Assembly: GCA_964422915.1 (NCBI GenBank)
Contig: CAYRDG010000001.1
Location: forward strand, 101,402-165,401
Direction of reading: 5' to 3'
From: an uncultured Frigoriglobus sp.
GTDB taxonomy: Bacteria > Planctomycetota > Planctomycetia > Gemmatales > Gemmataceae
DNA length: 64,000 bases
The position numbers were made by a program, and so were the translations under genes. Each line of letters starts with the position of its first letter. Within the stretch, counting starts at the first letter, position 1. This document shows positions 20,022 through 29,787 of this stretch, piece by piece. The notes below the pieces were generated by a model. That model was not told where the DNA came from. It did no database searches and was given only the letters and a program-made list of their open reading frames with translations.

Positions 20022-20930
20022 CTATCGAAGCAGGATTTGGAGTTGGGCGAACAACCGATCCACTTCCCGGGCGGTCTCGTCGTCGAGTTCCCAGCCGTAC
20101 GGCTTGCGCCGCCGCGCAGAGGTGAAGAGGCCGCGCTTCACCATGAGGTACTTCTCGACCGCGAGGAAACCATCCAATCCGGCCTGCAGTTGCAGCGCGA
20201 CCAGCGCACACACGGGGAAGTAGAGACGGTACGCGGTGGCGTCATCGCCGCGCTGGAGTGCCTTCCAGATGCCCACGATGCCATCGAGCAATTCCATGCC
20301 TGGCATTGTGCCGGCGATACCGCGGCGGTAGCTGTCGATGAGGAAGATGCCGCCCGATCCCTCGAACATCACCGCACGTCCGCTGGTCGCGTCGCGCAGC
20401 GCCGAGAGTGTCGGTCCGTTCGGCGCGGCTTCAGGCTTCAAGAGAATCTTCTCAGGCCCGTAACGATCGAGTAACTTCACGCAGACCGGGATCGGAATCG
20501 ACTGCCCGACGTAGCCGCTCGCGTCCTGCACAATCAGTGGGATACTGATCCCGTCTGCCAGCGTGCGAAAGTGATCGAGCAACTGCGATTCGCTCAGCTT
20601 TGCCGTGAGGGGCGGCACAGCCATAACGGCATCGCAGCCATCGCGTTCTGCGGCGCGGGCGTATACGAGTGCCTGCTTCGTGCTCTCGGCGCCCACGGCT
20701 GCGAACACTGGCCCGCGGCCAGCGGCGAACTCCACCAGCATTCGTGGGAGAGCGAGTCGCTCATCGTGCGTGAGGCGGAACGTCTCGGACACCATCCCGG
20801 TGCCGATGCCATTGGCGCCGACAGCGAATGCCCAGTTCACGGCGCGTTCCAGCGCGGGCCTGTCAATCTCATCGTCATCGGTGAACGGCGTGTGCGCGAT
20901 GGTCAACACGCCTTGCAATGTCCTGGGCAT
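20022..20930 (-). CDS. Dihydrodipicolinate synthase / N-acetylneuraminate lyase family (class I pyruvate aldolase-like)
   Basis: GVLTIAHTPFTDD...ID and GANGIGTGMVSE are consistent with a DapA-family fold. An AGGAGA SD precedes the ATG at 20930. Confidence 0.8.
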   Translation of the reverse strand: MPRTLQGVLTIAHTPFTDDDEIDRPALERAVNWAFAVGANGIGTGMVSETFRLTHDERLALPRMLVEFAAGRGPVFAAVGAESTKQALVYARAAERDGCDAVMAVPPLTAKLSESQLLDHFRTLADGISIPLIVQDASGYVGQSIPIPVCVKLLDRYGPEKILLKPEAAPNGPTLSALRDATSGRAVMFEGSGGIFLIDSYRRGIAGTMPGMELLDGIVGIWKALQRGDDATAYRLYFPVCALVALQLQAGLDGFLAVEKYLMVKRGLFTSARRRKPYGWELDDETAREVDRLFAQLQILLR

Positions 20931-20958
20931 GATGTCTCCTGTCGAGCCAGCGGCTCGA

Positions 20959-22137
20959 CTACCAGTCTCCCACGCTTCCATCGGAGTAGAACACGCGCTG
21001 GGGCATCTCCTGCTCGAACGGATGCTTCTTCACTTCGGCTTCGTTAATGACGATGCCAAGCCCTGGTCGCACGTTCGGCTTCACGAGGCGCCCTTGCGGT
21101 TCCACGGTGAAGCCTTCCTGCACCACATCGGCGCGCCACGGCACATCTGCGTGAACGGTTTCGCAGATGACGTAACTCGGCTGGCTGAAACCGAACTCCA
21201 GGCTCGCTGCGGTGCTGACAGGCCCTTGTGGGTTGTGTGGTGCCAGTGCGATCCGATGCGCTTCGGCGAGAGCCGCGATGCGCCGCGCTTCACTGAGACC
21301 GCCGCAATGCGTGATGTCGACCTGGCAGACTTCGCAGGCGCGCGCGTTGAATAGTTCCTTGAACGCTGCGAGGTTCGTCACACGTTCGCCGGTCGCGATC
21401 GGCGTGCTGACCGCGGCGTTGATCATCGCCAGCCCATCGACGCTCTCCGGCCAGCATGGCTCCTCGAAGAAGTAGAGGCCATATGGTTCGAGTGCCTTCG
21501 CGAACTGAAGGCCCATCGCTGGCGAAGGTCGCGCGTGGCAGTCCACCATGATGTCGATTCCTTCGCCCACCGCTTCGCGCATCGCGGCGACGCACCGTTC
21601 CGCAGTGCGGATCGGCTTCAGTCCTTCGAGCGGTAGCGTTGGCGGAACGGCCATGCTCTTGAACGCCGTGAAACCATCGGCGACCGCTTGCCGTGCGAGG
21701 TCGGCGAAGCGTTTTGCATCTTCACTGGCGGTTTCGTAGAAGTCTTCCATCCTGCCGCCGCCGAGGTGGCAATAGGTACGAACATGGTCGCGCACCGGGC
21801 CGCCCCAGAGTTTCGCGCAGGGTACGCCGCAGACCTTGCCGAGGATGTCCCACAGTGCGAGGTCGATGCCCGCTATCGCCGTGGCTCGCACGATGCCATG
21901 CCCGTGCCAGAAGTGCTGGCGATACATCATCTGCCAGAGATGCTCGATGCGTGTCGGATCCTCGCCGACGATCAACTCGGCACAATCCTGCACTGCGCCG
22001 ACGACGGCGCGTGTGTGCCATTCGAGCGTGGCTTCACCCCACCCGAACAGACCATCCTGGTCGGTGACGACCTTCACGAACACCCAGTTCCGCATCCGGG
22101 CGTGACAGACATGCGTTTCAATACGAGCGATCTTCAT
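20959..22137 (-). CDS. Enolase-superfamily dehydratase, D-galactonate/D-mannonate dehydratase-like
   Basis: [11 protein letters not shown]...[24 protein letters not shown]...[15 protein letters not shown] resembles DgoD/ManD-type members closely. Confidence 0.85.
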   Translation of the reverse strand: MKIARIETHVCHARMRNWVFVKVVTDQDGLFGWGEATLEWHTRAVVGAVQDCAELIVGEDPTRIEHLWQMMYRQHFWHGHGIVRATAIAGIDLALWDILGKVCGVPCAKLWGGPVRDHVRTYCHLGGGRMEDFYETASEDAKRFADLARQAVADGFTAFKSMAVPPTLPLEGLKPIRTAERCVAAMREAVGEGIDIMVDCHARPSPAMGLQFAKALEPYGLYFFEEPCWPESVDGLAMINAAVSTPIATGERVTNLAAFKELFNARACEVCQVDITHCGGLSEARRIAALAEAHRIALAPHNPQGPVSTAASLEFGFSQPSYVICETVHADVPWRADVVQEGFTVEPQGRLVKPNVRPGLGIVINEAEVKKHPFEQEMPQRVFYSDGSVGDW

Positions 22138-22308
22138 GGTCGCTCATTGTGCGATGCGGAATGCGAGAATGCCAGAGCGCGGTGCCGAGAACACGAACAG
22201 GATCACATCCTGGAGGGGAAGTTGGATGAACAAAGCCGCGCATGTGGGTCGGCGTGACCGTTAGCGGATCATGGATTCAGCCACTGGCGTTTCTGCGGAG
22301 AAGATTCT

Positions 22309-23271
22309 TCACGCACCGAGAAGTTCCTTCCCCAGCCCTCGCTGCTTCGCCACCTCGATGAGCCTTGCCGCAAGTGCGATGTCCTCGATTCCCAGCCCCA
22401 GCGATTTGAACATCGTCACGTCGCGCGGCGACTCGCGGCCCGGGTACTTGCCAACCAGCACCGGTGCGAGATCGTACACGTCGCCCCACTGGAGGATGCC
22501 GGCCTTCATCGATTCCACGAAGTCGCCGGCTTCGAGTCGCGCCTGCTCCTTGTTGTCCACCGTCACCAGGTTCGTGCGACGAAATACCTCCACGTCGGTT
22601 TCGGTCTTTGCGAGAAAGTTGGACCCGATCAGGTTGAGGTGCTGCCCTTCGCTCACCCATTCGCCGAGGAGGACCGGTTCTCGCGCGCTCGTGGCAGTGA
22701 TGAGGATGTCTCGCCCCATCGCGGCTTCTTCCGGCTTCTCGACGGGTACGACCTCGATGCCGGTTTCCTGTGTCAGTTGTGCGGCGAAGCTCTTGCGGCG
22801 TTCGGCATCGCGGCCATACACGTTCACTTGCTTGATTGGCCTGACCAGACACACCGCCAGCAGTTGCGTGCGTGCTTGCTTGCCTGTGCCGAACAGCCCG
22901 ACTGTGCTAGCGTCGGCGCGGGCGAGTTTCTTCGTCGCCACGCCGCTGGCGGCTCCTGTGCGAAACTGTCCGAGCAGGTCGGCCTCAACCACCGCAGTGA
23001 CGCCACCATTCCTGGCGTCGAAGAGCGTGACGTGAAACTTTGCTTTGCCATCCTTCGAGACGGTGTAGGCTTTGAAACCGAGTGCCCCGAGCGTCTTGGC
23101 CGCTGCGGGGAGAACATGCAGCATGACGTGATCGGTGCGAACGCGCTGCCGCGGCGCGTTCTCGGCCTCCTCGAGTCCCAGTTTCCGGAACGCAGCAGCC
23201 GTCGTTTCCATCGCGAGTTCCATTGTCAGAACGCGCGCGACATCTGCTTCGGACAGGTAATAGATGGACAT
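22309..23271 (-). CDS. Ornithine cyclodeaminase / mu-crystallin family protein
   Basis: 320-aa ORF with a Rossmann motif GLFGTGKQA and family-typical N-terminal and C-terminal regions (FKSLGLGIEDIA). Confidence 0.8.
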   Translation of the reverse strand: MSIYYLSEADVARVLTMELAMETTAAAFRKLGLEEAENAPRQRVRTDHVMLHVLPAAAKTLGALGFKAYTVSKDGKAKFHVTLFDARNGGVTAVVEADLLGQFRTGAASGVATKKLARADASTVGLFGTGKQARTQLLAVCLVRPIKQVNVYGRDAERRKSFAAQLTQETGIEVVPVEKPEEAAMGRDILITATSAREPVLLGEWVSEGQHLNLIGSNFLAKTETDVEVFRRTNLVTVDNKEQARLEAGDFVESMKAGILQWGDVYDLAPVLVGKYPGRESPRDVTMFKSLGLGIEDIALAARLIEVAKQRGLGKELLGA

Positions 23272-23301
23272 GGGATGACTCCCCGGCGAACTCTTGCTCG
23301 C

Positions 23302-24498
23302 TTACTTGGCTGATGCCAACCATTCCTTGAGTTTTCCAATTCCTGCCTCGATCACGTCGCGACTGGTCGCGAACGACAGCCGCGCGAAGCCTTCCACACC
23401 GAACGCCGAACCTGGAATGAGGTTGACGTGCGCCTGATCGAGCAGCGCCGCGCAGAAGGTGAGGGAATCGGTAACGGGCGTGGTGCCGAACGACTTGCCG
23501 AAGTAGGAGGAGACATCGAAGAAGGCGTAGAACGCGCCGTCGGGCACTGGGAGTTTCAGACCTGGGATTTGCTTGAGTAAACTAATGGCCAGTTCGCGCC
23601 GGGCGGCGAACTCCTTCCGCATCTCGGCGACGCACTCTTGCGGCCCGGTGAGCGCTGCGATGAGCGCCGCCTGGCTCACGCTCGATGGGCAGCTCGTTTC
23701 CTGACTCTGGATGGTGTCCATCGCTTTGATCACGGGTGCTGGGGCAACGGCCCAGCCCATCCGCCAGCCGGTCATGGCGTACGTCTTGCTTGCACCGCTG
23801 ACTGTGATGGTGCGATCCTTCAGCCACGGGCGGAGCGTTGCTACACACGTCGGCTTCGCGTTACCGTAAGTGAGTTGTTCGTAGATTTCGTCGCTGAGTA
23901 TGGCTGCGTCGGTGTCGCTCATGGCATCGACCAGCGCTTCGAGTTCCGCGCGAGTGTAGACACTGCCAGAAGGGTTGCAGGGTGAGTTGATCATCAGCAT
24001 GCGCGTGCGCGGACTGACCGCGGCGCGCAACTGTGCTGGCGTCAGCTTGAAACCAGCCTCAGGAGCGGCGTTCACCAGCACAGGTGTTGCGCCGGTCATG
24101 CTTACCAGGTCGGAATAGCTCACCCAGTATGGCGTGGGGATGATGACCTCGTCGCCCGGACCAACGGTGGCGGCCAGCGCGTTGTGGAGCGAGTGCTTTG
24201 CCCCATTCGAGACAAGGACGTTTTCCGGCGCGCATTCGAAGCCGTGGAACGCCTTGTACCACTTGCAGATGGCGGCCTTCACCTCGGCTGTTCCGCCAGT
24301 GGGCGTGTAGTGCGTCTGGCCGGAGAGAGCGGCGTTCTCTGCGGCGTCGCAAATGTGTTTGGGAGTGTTGAAATCCGGTTCGCCCAGGCTGAAGTCGTAG
24401 ACCTTGATGCCCGCCGCCTTCAGTTGACGGGCCTTTGTGCCAGCGGCTATTGTGGCGGAGGGCTTGACGGACGCGGCCAGCGTCGAGATGCGGATCAT
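23302..24498 (-). CDS. Aspartate/aromatic-type PLP aminotransferase (class I)
   Basis: SLGEPDFNTP, NPCNPSG and SGASKTYAMTGWRMGW (PLP-lysine region). The start was chosen at the ATG at 24498 by homology logic. Confidence 0.9.
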   Translation of the reverse strand: MIRISTLAASVKPSATIAAGTKARQLKAAGIKVYDFSLGEPDFNTPKHICDAAENAALSGQTHYTPTGGTAEVKAAICKWYKAFHGFECAPENVLVSNGAKHSLHNALAATVGPGDEVIIPTPYWVSYSDLVSMTGATPVLVNAAPEAGFKLTPAQLRAAVSPRTRMLMINSPCNPSGSVYTRAELEALVDAMSDTDAAILSDEIYEQLTYGNAKPTCVATLRPWLKDRTITVSGASKTYAMTGWRMGWAVAPAPVIKAMDTIQSQETSCPSSVSQAALIAALTGPQECVAEMRKEFAARRELAISLLKQIPGLKLPVPDGAFYAFFDVSSYFGKSFGTTPVTDSLTFCAALLDQAHVNLIPGSAFGVEGFARLSFATSRDVIEAGIGKLKEWLASAK

Positions 24499-24595
24499 TC
24501 GCGTTCGGTCCTGGGCGAGTGTGAGTGTTGGGAAGATCACCTGCCCACCATCGTACCGGATTCGCGCCCCGCTGGAATCCCCAACGTCACGGAAG

Positions 24596-25957
24596 ATGGT
24601 CATGCATGTCGCGCAGTTCATCCAGCGATACCCTCCCGCACTCGGCGGTTCCGAAGTGTATGCTCGCCGCTTGTGCGAGCATCTTGCCGCGCAGGGAGAT
24701 GGGGTAAGCGTGTGGACAAGCGACGCGCTCGAACTGAGTGAAATGTGGAAGACGAAGGCCAGGCCGCGCCCCGTGTCGACGACGCTCGCTGGGAGAAGTA
24801 GCGAAACGTCGGCGCCGTATCTTTCCTCGAAGCAGGGAGGCGATGAGGCGGCGCGAGTGGGTTTGTGTATTCGCCGCTATCGCCCGCTTCGCTTCGCCGC
24901 ACGACGTTACGTCCTCAAGGCTCTCTCGCTCGTACCGCATCGCTTCTGGCAATGCCTGACCGCGCCGTGCAATCCGATTTCCCTTGCGATGTGGCGTGAC
25001 GCCAACCGCTACGCCGGCCCGCTCGATGCGGTACACGCCACAGGGTTCCCGTACTCGTTCCCCATCGCATGTGGATTGCGGCTCGCACGTCGGCGCGGTG
25101 TGCCGTTCCTGCTCACGCCGTTTCTGCATCTCGGCGACCCGACCGATCCGCACGACCGCACGCGGCGGCAGTACACTGCTTCGCACCTGCGGTGGCTTTT
25201 GAACCAGGCGGATCGTGTCTTCGTGCAGACTCGCGCTGAAGGTCGCGCTACGATCGAACTTGGTGTTGCGAAGGATCGAGTGATCCTTCAAGGGTTAGGT
25301 GTGGAACCGGGTGATTGTACCGGAGGCGACCGCGCGGCCATGCGCGCCGCCTGTGGCCTTGTGCCTGAGGAAGTTGTGATCGGCCACCTGGCCAACAACA
25401 GCGCCGAGAAGGGGACAGTGGATCTTCTTCGCGCTGCTGAACGCGCCTGGTCGCGCGGCGCCGAGTTCCGGGTGCTGCTCGCTGGGCCAGAGATGCCGAA
25501 CTTCCGTGACTTCTGGGCTGGCTTTGCATGCAAGGATCGCGTCACGCGGCTTGGTGTGCTGAGCGAGGAGCAAAAGCGCGACTTCTTCGCCAGGATCGAC
25601 GCCTTCGCACTGCCGTCGCGTTGCGATTCGTTCGGGCTGGTGTTGCTGGAAGCGTGGGCGAGCGGCAAGCCGAATGTGGTGTACCGGGCCGGTGGGCCGG
25701 CAGAGATCGTGCGACACGAGATTGATGGCCTTCAGGTTGCGTGTGGCGATGTGGAGGAACTCGCGGCGTGCCTCACGCGACTGACGAAAGACGTGGCGCT
25801 GCGACGCCGCCTCGGAGAAGCCGGACAGGTTCGACTGGCAGTCGAGTTCCAGTGGCGTGACAAGCTGGAACTCGTGCGCGATACGATGAGCGAACTGGTC
25901 GCGCGCCGGGCAGCGTTGCAGTTCAGACCTTCAGCCCCTTGCCAAATCGCTTCTTGA
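24596..25957 (+). CDS. Glycosyltransferase family 4 (GT-B)
   Basis: N-terminal GGSEVYARRL and C-terminal FALPSRCDSFGLVLLEAWASGKPNV (E-x7-E region). The start is at 24596 or 24602. Confidence 0.85.
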   Translation: MVMHVAQFIQRYPPALGGSEVYARRLCEHLAAQGDGVSVWTSDALELSEMWKTKARPRPVSTTLAGRSSETSAPYLSSKQGGDEAARVGLCIRRYRPLRFAARRYVLKALSLVPHRFWQCLTAPCNPISLAMWRDANRYAGPLDAVHATGFPYSFPIACGLRLARRRGVPFLLTPFLHLGDPTDPHDRTRRQYTASHLRWLLNQADRVFVQTRAEGRATIELGVAKDRVILQGLGVEPGDCTGGDRAAMRAACGLVPEEVVIGHLANNSAEKGTVDLLRAAERAWSRGAEFRVLLAGPEMPNFRDFWAGFACKDRVTRLGVLSEEQKRDFFARIDAFALPSRCDSFGLVLLEAWASGKPNVVYRAGGPAEIVRHEIDGLQVACGDVEELAACLTRLTKDVALRRRLGEAGQVRLAVEFQWRDKLELVRDTMSELVARRAALQFRPSAPCQIAS

Positions 25958-26948
25958 GCAACATCACACCGTGTTCCGTGATGTCGGCAGAGCGTACATC
26001 AAGGTACTCCAGTTTCGCGTGTTTGGGGAGTGCAGCCAGTAACTCGGCCCCTGGATCACCGAGCTTGTTCTGCGAGAGATTCAGAGACGTGAGCTGGGCG
26101 AAGAGTGGCGCGGCGAGAAAGACGGTCAGTTTCTGGGAGTCGATGAAATTGATGCTCAGGTCGAGATGCCGCAGTGCCGGGACGTTCTTCCATTCGGCGA
26201 GCGCCACCAGCCCGGCATTGCCATGAAACGTTTTCGACAGGCGCAGGGACTGTAATCGCTGGAGCTTTTTTGAACGACCAAGCTCGGCAATGCCAAGCTC
26301 ACCCAGAGGGTTCGTCGATAGGTCTAGTCTCGTGAGTCGCGCGAGCGCGGACGATCTCGCCAGCCTCTTGGCTCCCACTACGTCCATCCGATCACCTGCC
26401 ACATTCAGTGATGAGAGGGCGGCCGTGTGCTTCGAGGAGAAAAGCGCACGCAAGTCGTTGTGGATCGGGCACCTTCCGCACGAACACATCCGGGAAAGAT
26501 CGACCACCGCAAGGCGTGCGAGAAATGCGCAGTTAGCCAGTCGGCGGACCTCATTCGAGGCATCCGGAAAGTGAGCAGTGCGGATGGTGGGTGCTACGTC
26601 GAACACTTTCTTCGCATGATTGGCGAAGGACGTTGCGGACATTTGCACGCCGTCGAGGAAGCCGCGCCGGAACGTCCATTCGTTCACCAGGTTGAGGTCT
26701 CGGAGCGGCTTCGCCCACAGGTCGCCGTACCTCTCCAGAATCGCGTTCGCTTCGCGTTCCCGTTTGCGGCGTTCGCGGCTTCCCTTCGGGAACGTCTCGG
26801 CCTGGCACTGCGCGCGGATGAGTGCCGCATGCGCTCTGTCTTCCTCATTGCCGTTCTCATCGAGCCAGTCGGCGAAGACCAGCCGTGGCGTATCGTCATC
26901 CGGGCTGGCCAGGATCGCGGTCAGGAACGCTTCACGCTCGCTTGTCAC
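25923..26948 (-). CDS. TIGR02996-domain protein with leucine-rich repeats
   Basis: EAFLTAILASPDDDTPRLVFADWLDENGN...ALIRAQC is the Gemmata-type repeat-companion domain, followed by ~25-aa LRRs (LxxLxLSxNxLG). Confidence 0.8.
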   Translation of the reverse strand: MTSEREAFLTAILASPDDDTPRLVFADWLDENGNEEDRAHAALIRAQCQAETFPKGSRERRKREREANAILERYGDLWAKPLRDLNLVNEWTFRRGFLDGVQMSATSFANHAKKVFDVAPTIRTAHFPDASNEVRRLANCAFLARLAVVDLSRMCSCGRCPIHNDLRALFSSKHTAALSSLNVAGDRMDVVGAKRLARSSALARLTRLDLSTNPLGELGIAELGRSKKLQRLQSLRLSKTFHGNAGLVALAEWKNVPALRHLDLSINFIDSQKLTVFLAAPLFAQLTSLNLSQNKLGDPGAELLAALPKHAKLEYLDVRSADITEHGVMLLKKRFGKGLKV

Positions 26949-26996
26949 GGGTCATCTCCTGGGCTGAGTTATCCTCTGAAGACGTTTGGTTTGCGG

Positions 26997-28535
26997 TCAC
27001 TTTTCCTTCGCGAGCAACTTCTTGATCTCCGCGCTGGCATCCTGAATATCACGCGCGTGGAATTCACCAAGAATCCTGCCGTCTCGATCAATTAGAATGG
27101 TGGTTGGGAACCCGCGGATGCCGTACTGAGCAATGGCTCCGCCGGGGCGTTTCTCATCACCACTGCCCACCCGTGTTCCCGGGACCAGCGCGCTGGGAAA
27201 AGGCATCTCCTTGCCCTTCCAGAGTTGTTTCTTGATCTTCACCAGTTTCGCGTCAAGTTTCTCGGCTGTATTCACTTCACCGTCGATGTCCATGTGAACA
27301 CCGACAATGGCCAACCCCTTGTCCGCGAACTTCTCGTGCAACTCGATTAGCACTGGCATCGACCCAACACACGGTCCGCACCAGTATCCCCAGAACTCCA
27401 CGAGGACATACTTCCCCTTCAGGTCGGCGAATCTGAGCTCTTTCCCCTTCCATCCAACAACGCCTTTCAGTTCCGGGGCAGGTTTCCCCTTCAGCAGGGC
27501 AAATGCCAGGGGCTTCATTGCAATCGGCTCTACAGTGTATTCATTCCGATTCTCTGGAACGGTGATCTCGACGTACCGGCCGTCTACCGCGCTCCCGTAC
27601 ATGTTGAGGGTGTATCGACCTGGCGGCGCGAGGAACTCGAACTTGCCGTCTTTCGAGGAGTAGAACGCGACCGGGCTGCCGTCTCGAAGCAGGTAACCGC
27701 CCGCCCAGCCGATTGGCTGCCCCGCCCTGGTCAGTTCCTCGCATGTGAGCGACCCTGAAAGTCGCACCTGTGGCAGCAATTCGACGCGAACTTGACCCGT
27801 GGCGAGCCGCGCCGGAGAGAGTGAGGCGAATCCCATCGTGTCCTTCGCGGCACCACGCGCGATGAGCTGGCCGGTACGAATGTTCTCGGTTGGTATTACG
27901 ACAGTTCCGCGGGCATCACAATTTCGGGCATCCCGGAAGATCCATCTGCGCGATTCCTTGCGGTTCTCACCATCGAGCCAGGACATGAACTCAGAGACAC
28001 TGGCGGCAGAGGCGGGTTTTCCATCGGCACCAATCACCGTGACTGCGACTTCCTTCGGGAACTCCTTGAAGTCTCTGGACGCACGGACGAGTGTGGCCAG
28101 GTACTGCTGGTCGTTGGCCACGAATATGGTCGGGCGTTTGCCGGTGTATTGATTGGGGAAGCAAAGCGTGAGCTGGCTGCCATTGAACGTGTATCGTCCT
28201 TGCAGAGTGCCAGCCGGGAGCTTGTAGCCTGTCAGGAATGCCGACAGGTCAAGTTCGGTGAGTTTGAGATCCACATTTCCAGGCCTGGCCGCATCGAAAA
28301 CGAGTGTGCCCTTCAACGTCGTCTTCGATCCCATCAGATTCGACAAGGTGAATGAATCTCCGTTCACACTAACGACAGATTTCCACACACGACCGAGTTC
28401 ACTTCGCTTCCTGAACGCGGCCTTGTCGAAGAGCCAGATTCCCTGGAACTGTTTCGCGGGCGATTTCGGCACGCCCGCACTCACGGCTGGCGAGACGACG
28501 GCGAGAAACACGACGATCGACAGGATGCGAAGCAT
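26997..28535 (-). CDS. Exported multidomain thiol:disulfide oxidoreductase (TIGR03067-like domain, beta-sandwich region, TlpA-type thioredoxin)
   Basis: Signal peptide MLRILSIVVFLAVVSPAVSA. FQGIWLFDKAAF...GDSFTL resembles the planctomycete TIGR03067 domain. The C-terminal VLVEFWGYWCGPC carries the thioredoxin active site. Confidence 0.8.
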   Translation of the reverse strand: MLRILSIVVFLAVVSPAVSAGVPKSPAKQFQGIWLFDKAAFRKRSELGRVWKSVVSVNGDSFTLSNLMGSKTTLKGTLVFDAARPGNVDLKLTELDLSAFLTGYKLPAGTLQGRYTFNGSQLTLCFPNQYTGKRPTIFVANDQQYLATLVRASRDFKEFPKEVAVTVIGADGKPASAASVSEFMSWLDGENRKESRRWIFRDARNCDARGTVVIPTENIRTGQLIARGAAKDTMGFASLSPARLATGQVRVELLPQVRLSGSLTCEELTRAGQPIGWAGGYLLRDGSPVAFYSSKDGKFEFLAPPGRYTLNMYGSAVDGRYVEITVPENRNEYTVEPIAMKPLAFALLKGKPAPELKGVVGWKGKELRFADLKGKYVLVEFWGYWCGPCVGSMPVLIELHEKFADKGLAIVGVHMDIDGEVNTAEKLDAKLVKIKKQLWKGKEMPFPSALVPGTRVGSGDEKRPGGAIAQYGIRGFPTTILIDRDGRILGEFHARDIQDASAEIKKLLAKEK

Positions 28536-28577
28536 GGCGAGCGACTCCTGTATTGGGAGTGTGAAGGGGTCGAGGAA

Positions 28578-29618
28578 TCAGGAATCACCAAGATACTCCG
28601 GCACCTTGACGCGAAGGTGTTCAATCTCCTGATGGGTCTCGCCAAGGTAGGCGAGCAGTCGGAGGTCGTCCTTCGTCACTGCGCCGCCGCTGAAGAGCCA
28701 CGACCGGACGCGGAAGAGTTTGTAGAGCTTCACGAGCTTGCGATCACTGATGAAAATCTTGTCTTCACGCACAAGCGCTTTGACGAGTCTTTGGTATTCC
28801 TTGAACACCTCTGGTGGGAAAAAGCGGTGCCGGTCGTTCTCCTCGTCGCCTCGGCCATCGCCGGTCTTGCGTGCGAACAGGTGAGTGAGGTAGCGGTTGG
28901 CTTTCAGGAAGTCGTCGAGCGTCGCGTGGCCTTCCACCCACGGCTTCTGGTTCAGGCCCTTGTACGCCTCTCCCTGCAAGCCGGCGTCGATCAGTTCGGC
29001 GAAGAACTCGTCCTGCACGCTGCGGCTTTGCACTTTCAGGACGAAGCGGTCCTTGAGCGCGGCCAGTTCGCCCTGTTCGGGGATTTCGTTGGTTGCCGCG
29101 AACATGATCCGTAGCGGCACCGGTTCTGGCTTCCCTTCCTGGTAGAACTTTTTCTCGTTGATGATGGTGAGAAGGATGTTGAGGATCGCCGAGTTCGACT
29201 TGAAGATTTCGTCGAGGAACACGAGCTTGGCAGTCGGCAGTTTTCCCTCCTTGCGTCGGATGTACTTGCCGTCGCGCAGTTCCTTGATGTCGATGGCGCC
29301 GATGATCTCGCTCGGTTCGGTGAAGCGTGTGAGCATGTATTCGAAGTAGTCGCCCTGTTCGATGCCCAGTGCGTCCTTGAACTTCACAACGATGTCGGAT
29401 TTTGCAGTGCCTGGCGGTCCGATGAGCAAGAGCGGCTCCTGGGCGATGCCGGCCACGCACATCAGGTCGATGATCTCCTGCTTGTTGACGAAGAAGCGAC
29501 CGAGCGACTCGCGGAAACGATTGATGCGCTTGCGAATCGTCTCGGCCTCGGCCTGTAAGTCGGCGAGCGAGAGTTCCTCGGGATTGACTACGGGTGCAGC
29601 TTTCGTGGCTGGCGGCAT
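28578..29618 (-). CDS. MoxR-class AAA+ ATPase, RavA-like
   Basis: Walker A LLIGPPGTAKS and Walker B LVFLDEIFKSNSAILNILLTIINEKKF, with overall collinearity to RavA. The start was chosen at the ATG at 29618 (MPPATK...). Confidence 0.85.
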   Translation of the reverse strand: MPPATKAAPVVNPEELSLADLQAEAETIRKRINRFRESLGRFFVNKQEIIDLMCVAGIAQEPLLLIGPPGTAKSDIVVKFKDALGIEQGDYFEYMLTRFTEPSEIIGAIDIKELRDGKYIRRKEGKLPTAKLVFLDEIFKSNSAILNILLTIINEKKFYQEGKPEPVPLRIMFAATNEIPEQGELAALKDRFVLKVQSRSVQDEFFAELIDAGLQGEAYKGLNQKPWVEGHATLDDFLKANRYLTHLFARKTGDGRGDEENDRHRFFPPEVFKEYQRLVKALVREDKIFISDRKLVKLYKLFRVRSWLFSGGAVTKDDLRLLAYLGETHQEIEHLRVKVPEYLGDS

Positions 29619-29787
29619 GATCTTCGGCGTCCTGTGGGAACAATGTCGATAGGTGAATGATAAGGTCTGGGGCGCGCGATGGGAATCTCGGAGGCGGTGG
29701 GCAATCCGCGATTCGGGTTGACGCATTCCCCCGCGCTGGTTTACGACTTCCCATCCGAGATTGCGCTTTTGCCGGAGCAGTGCCGAC

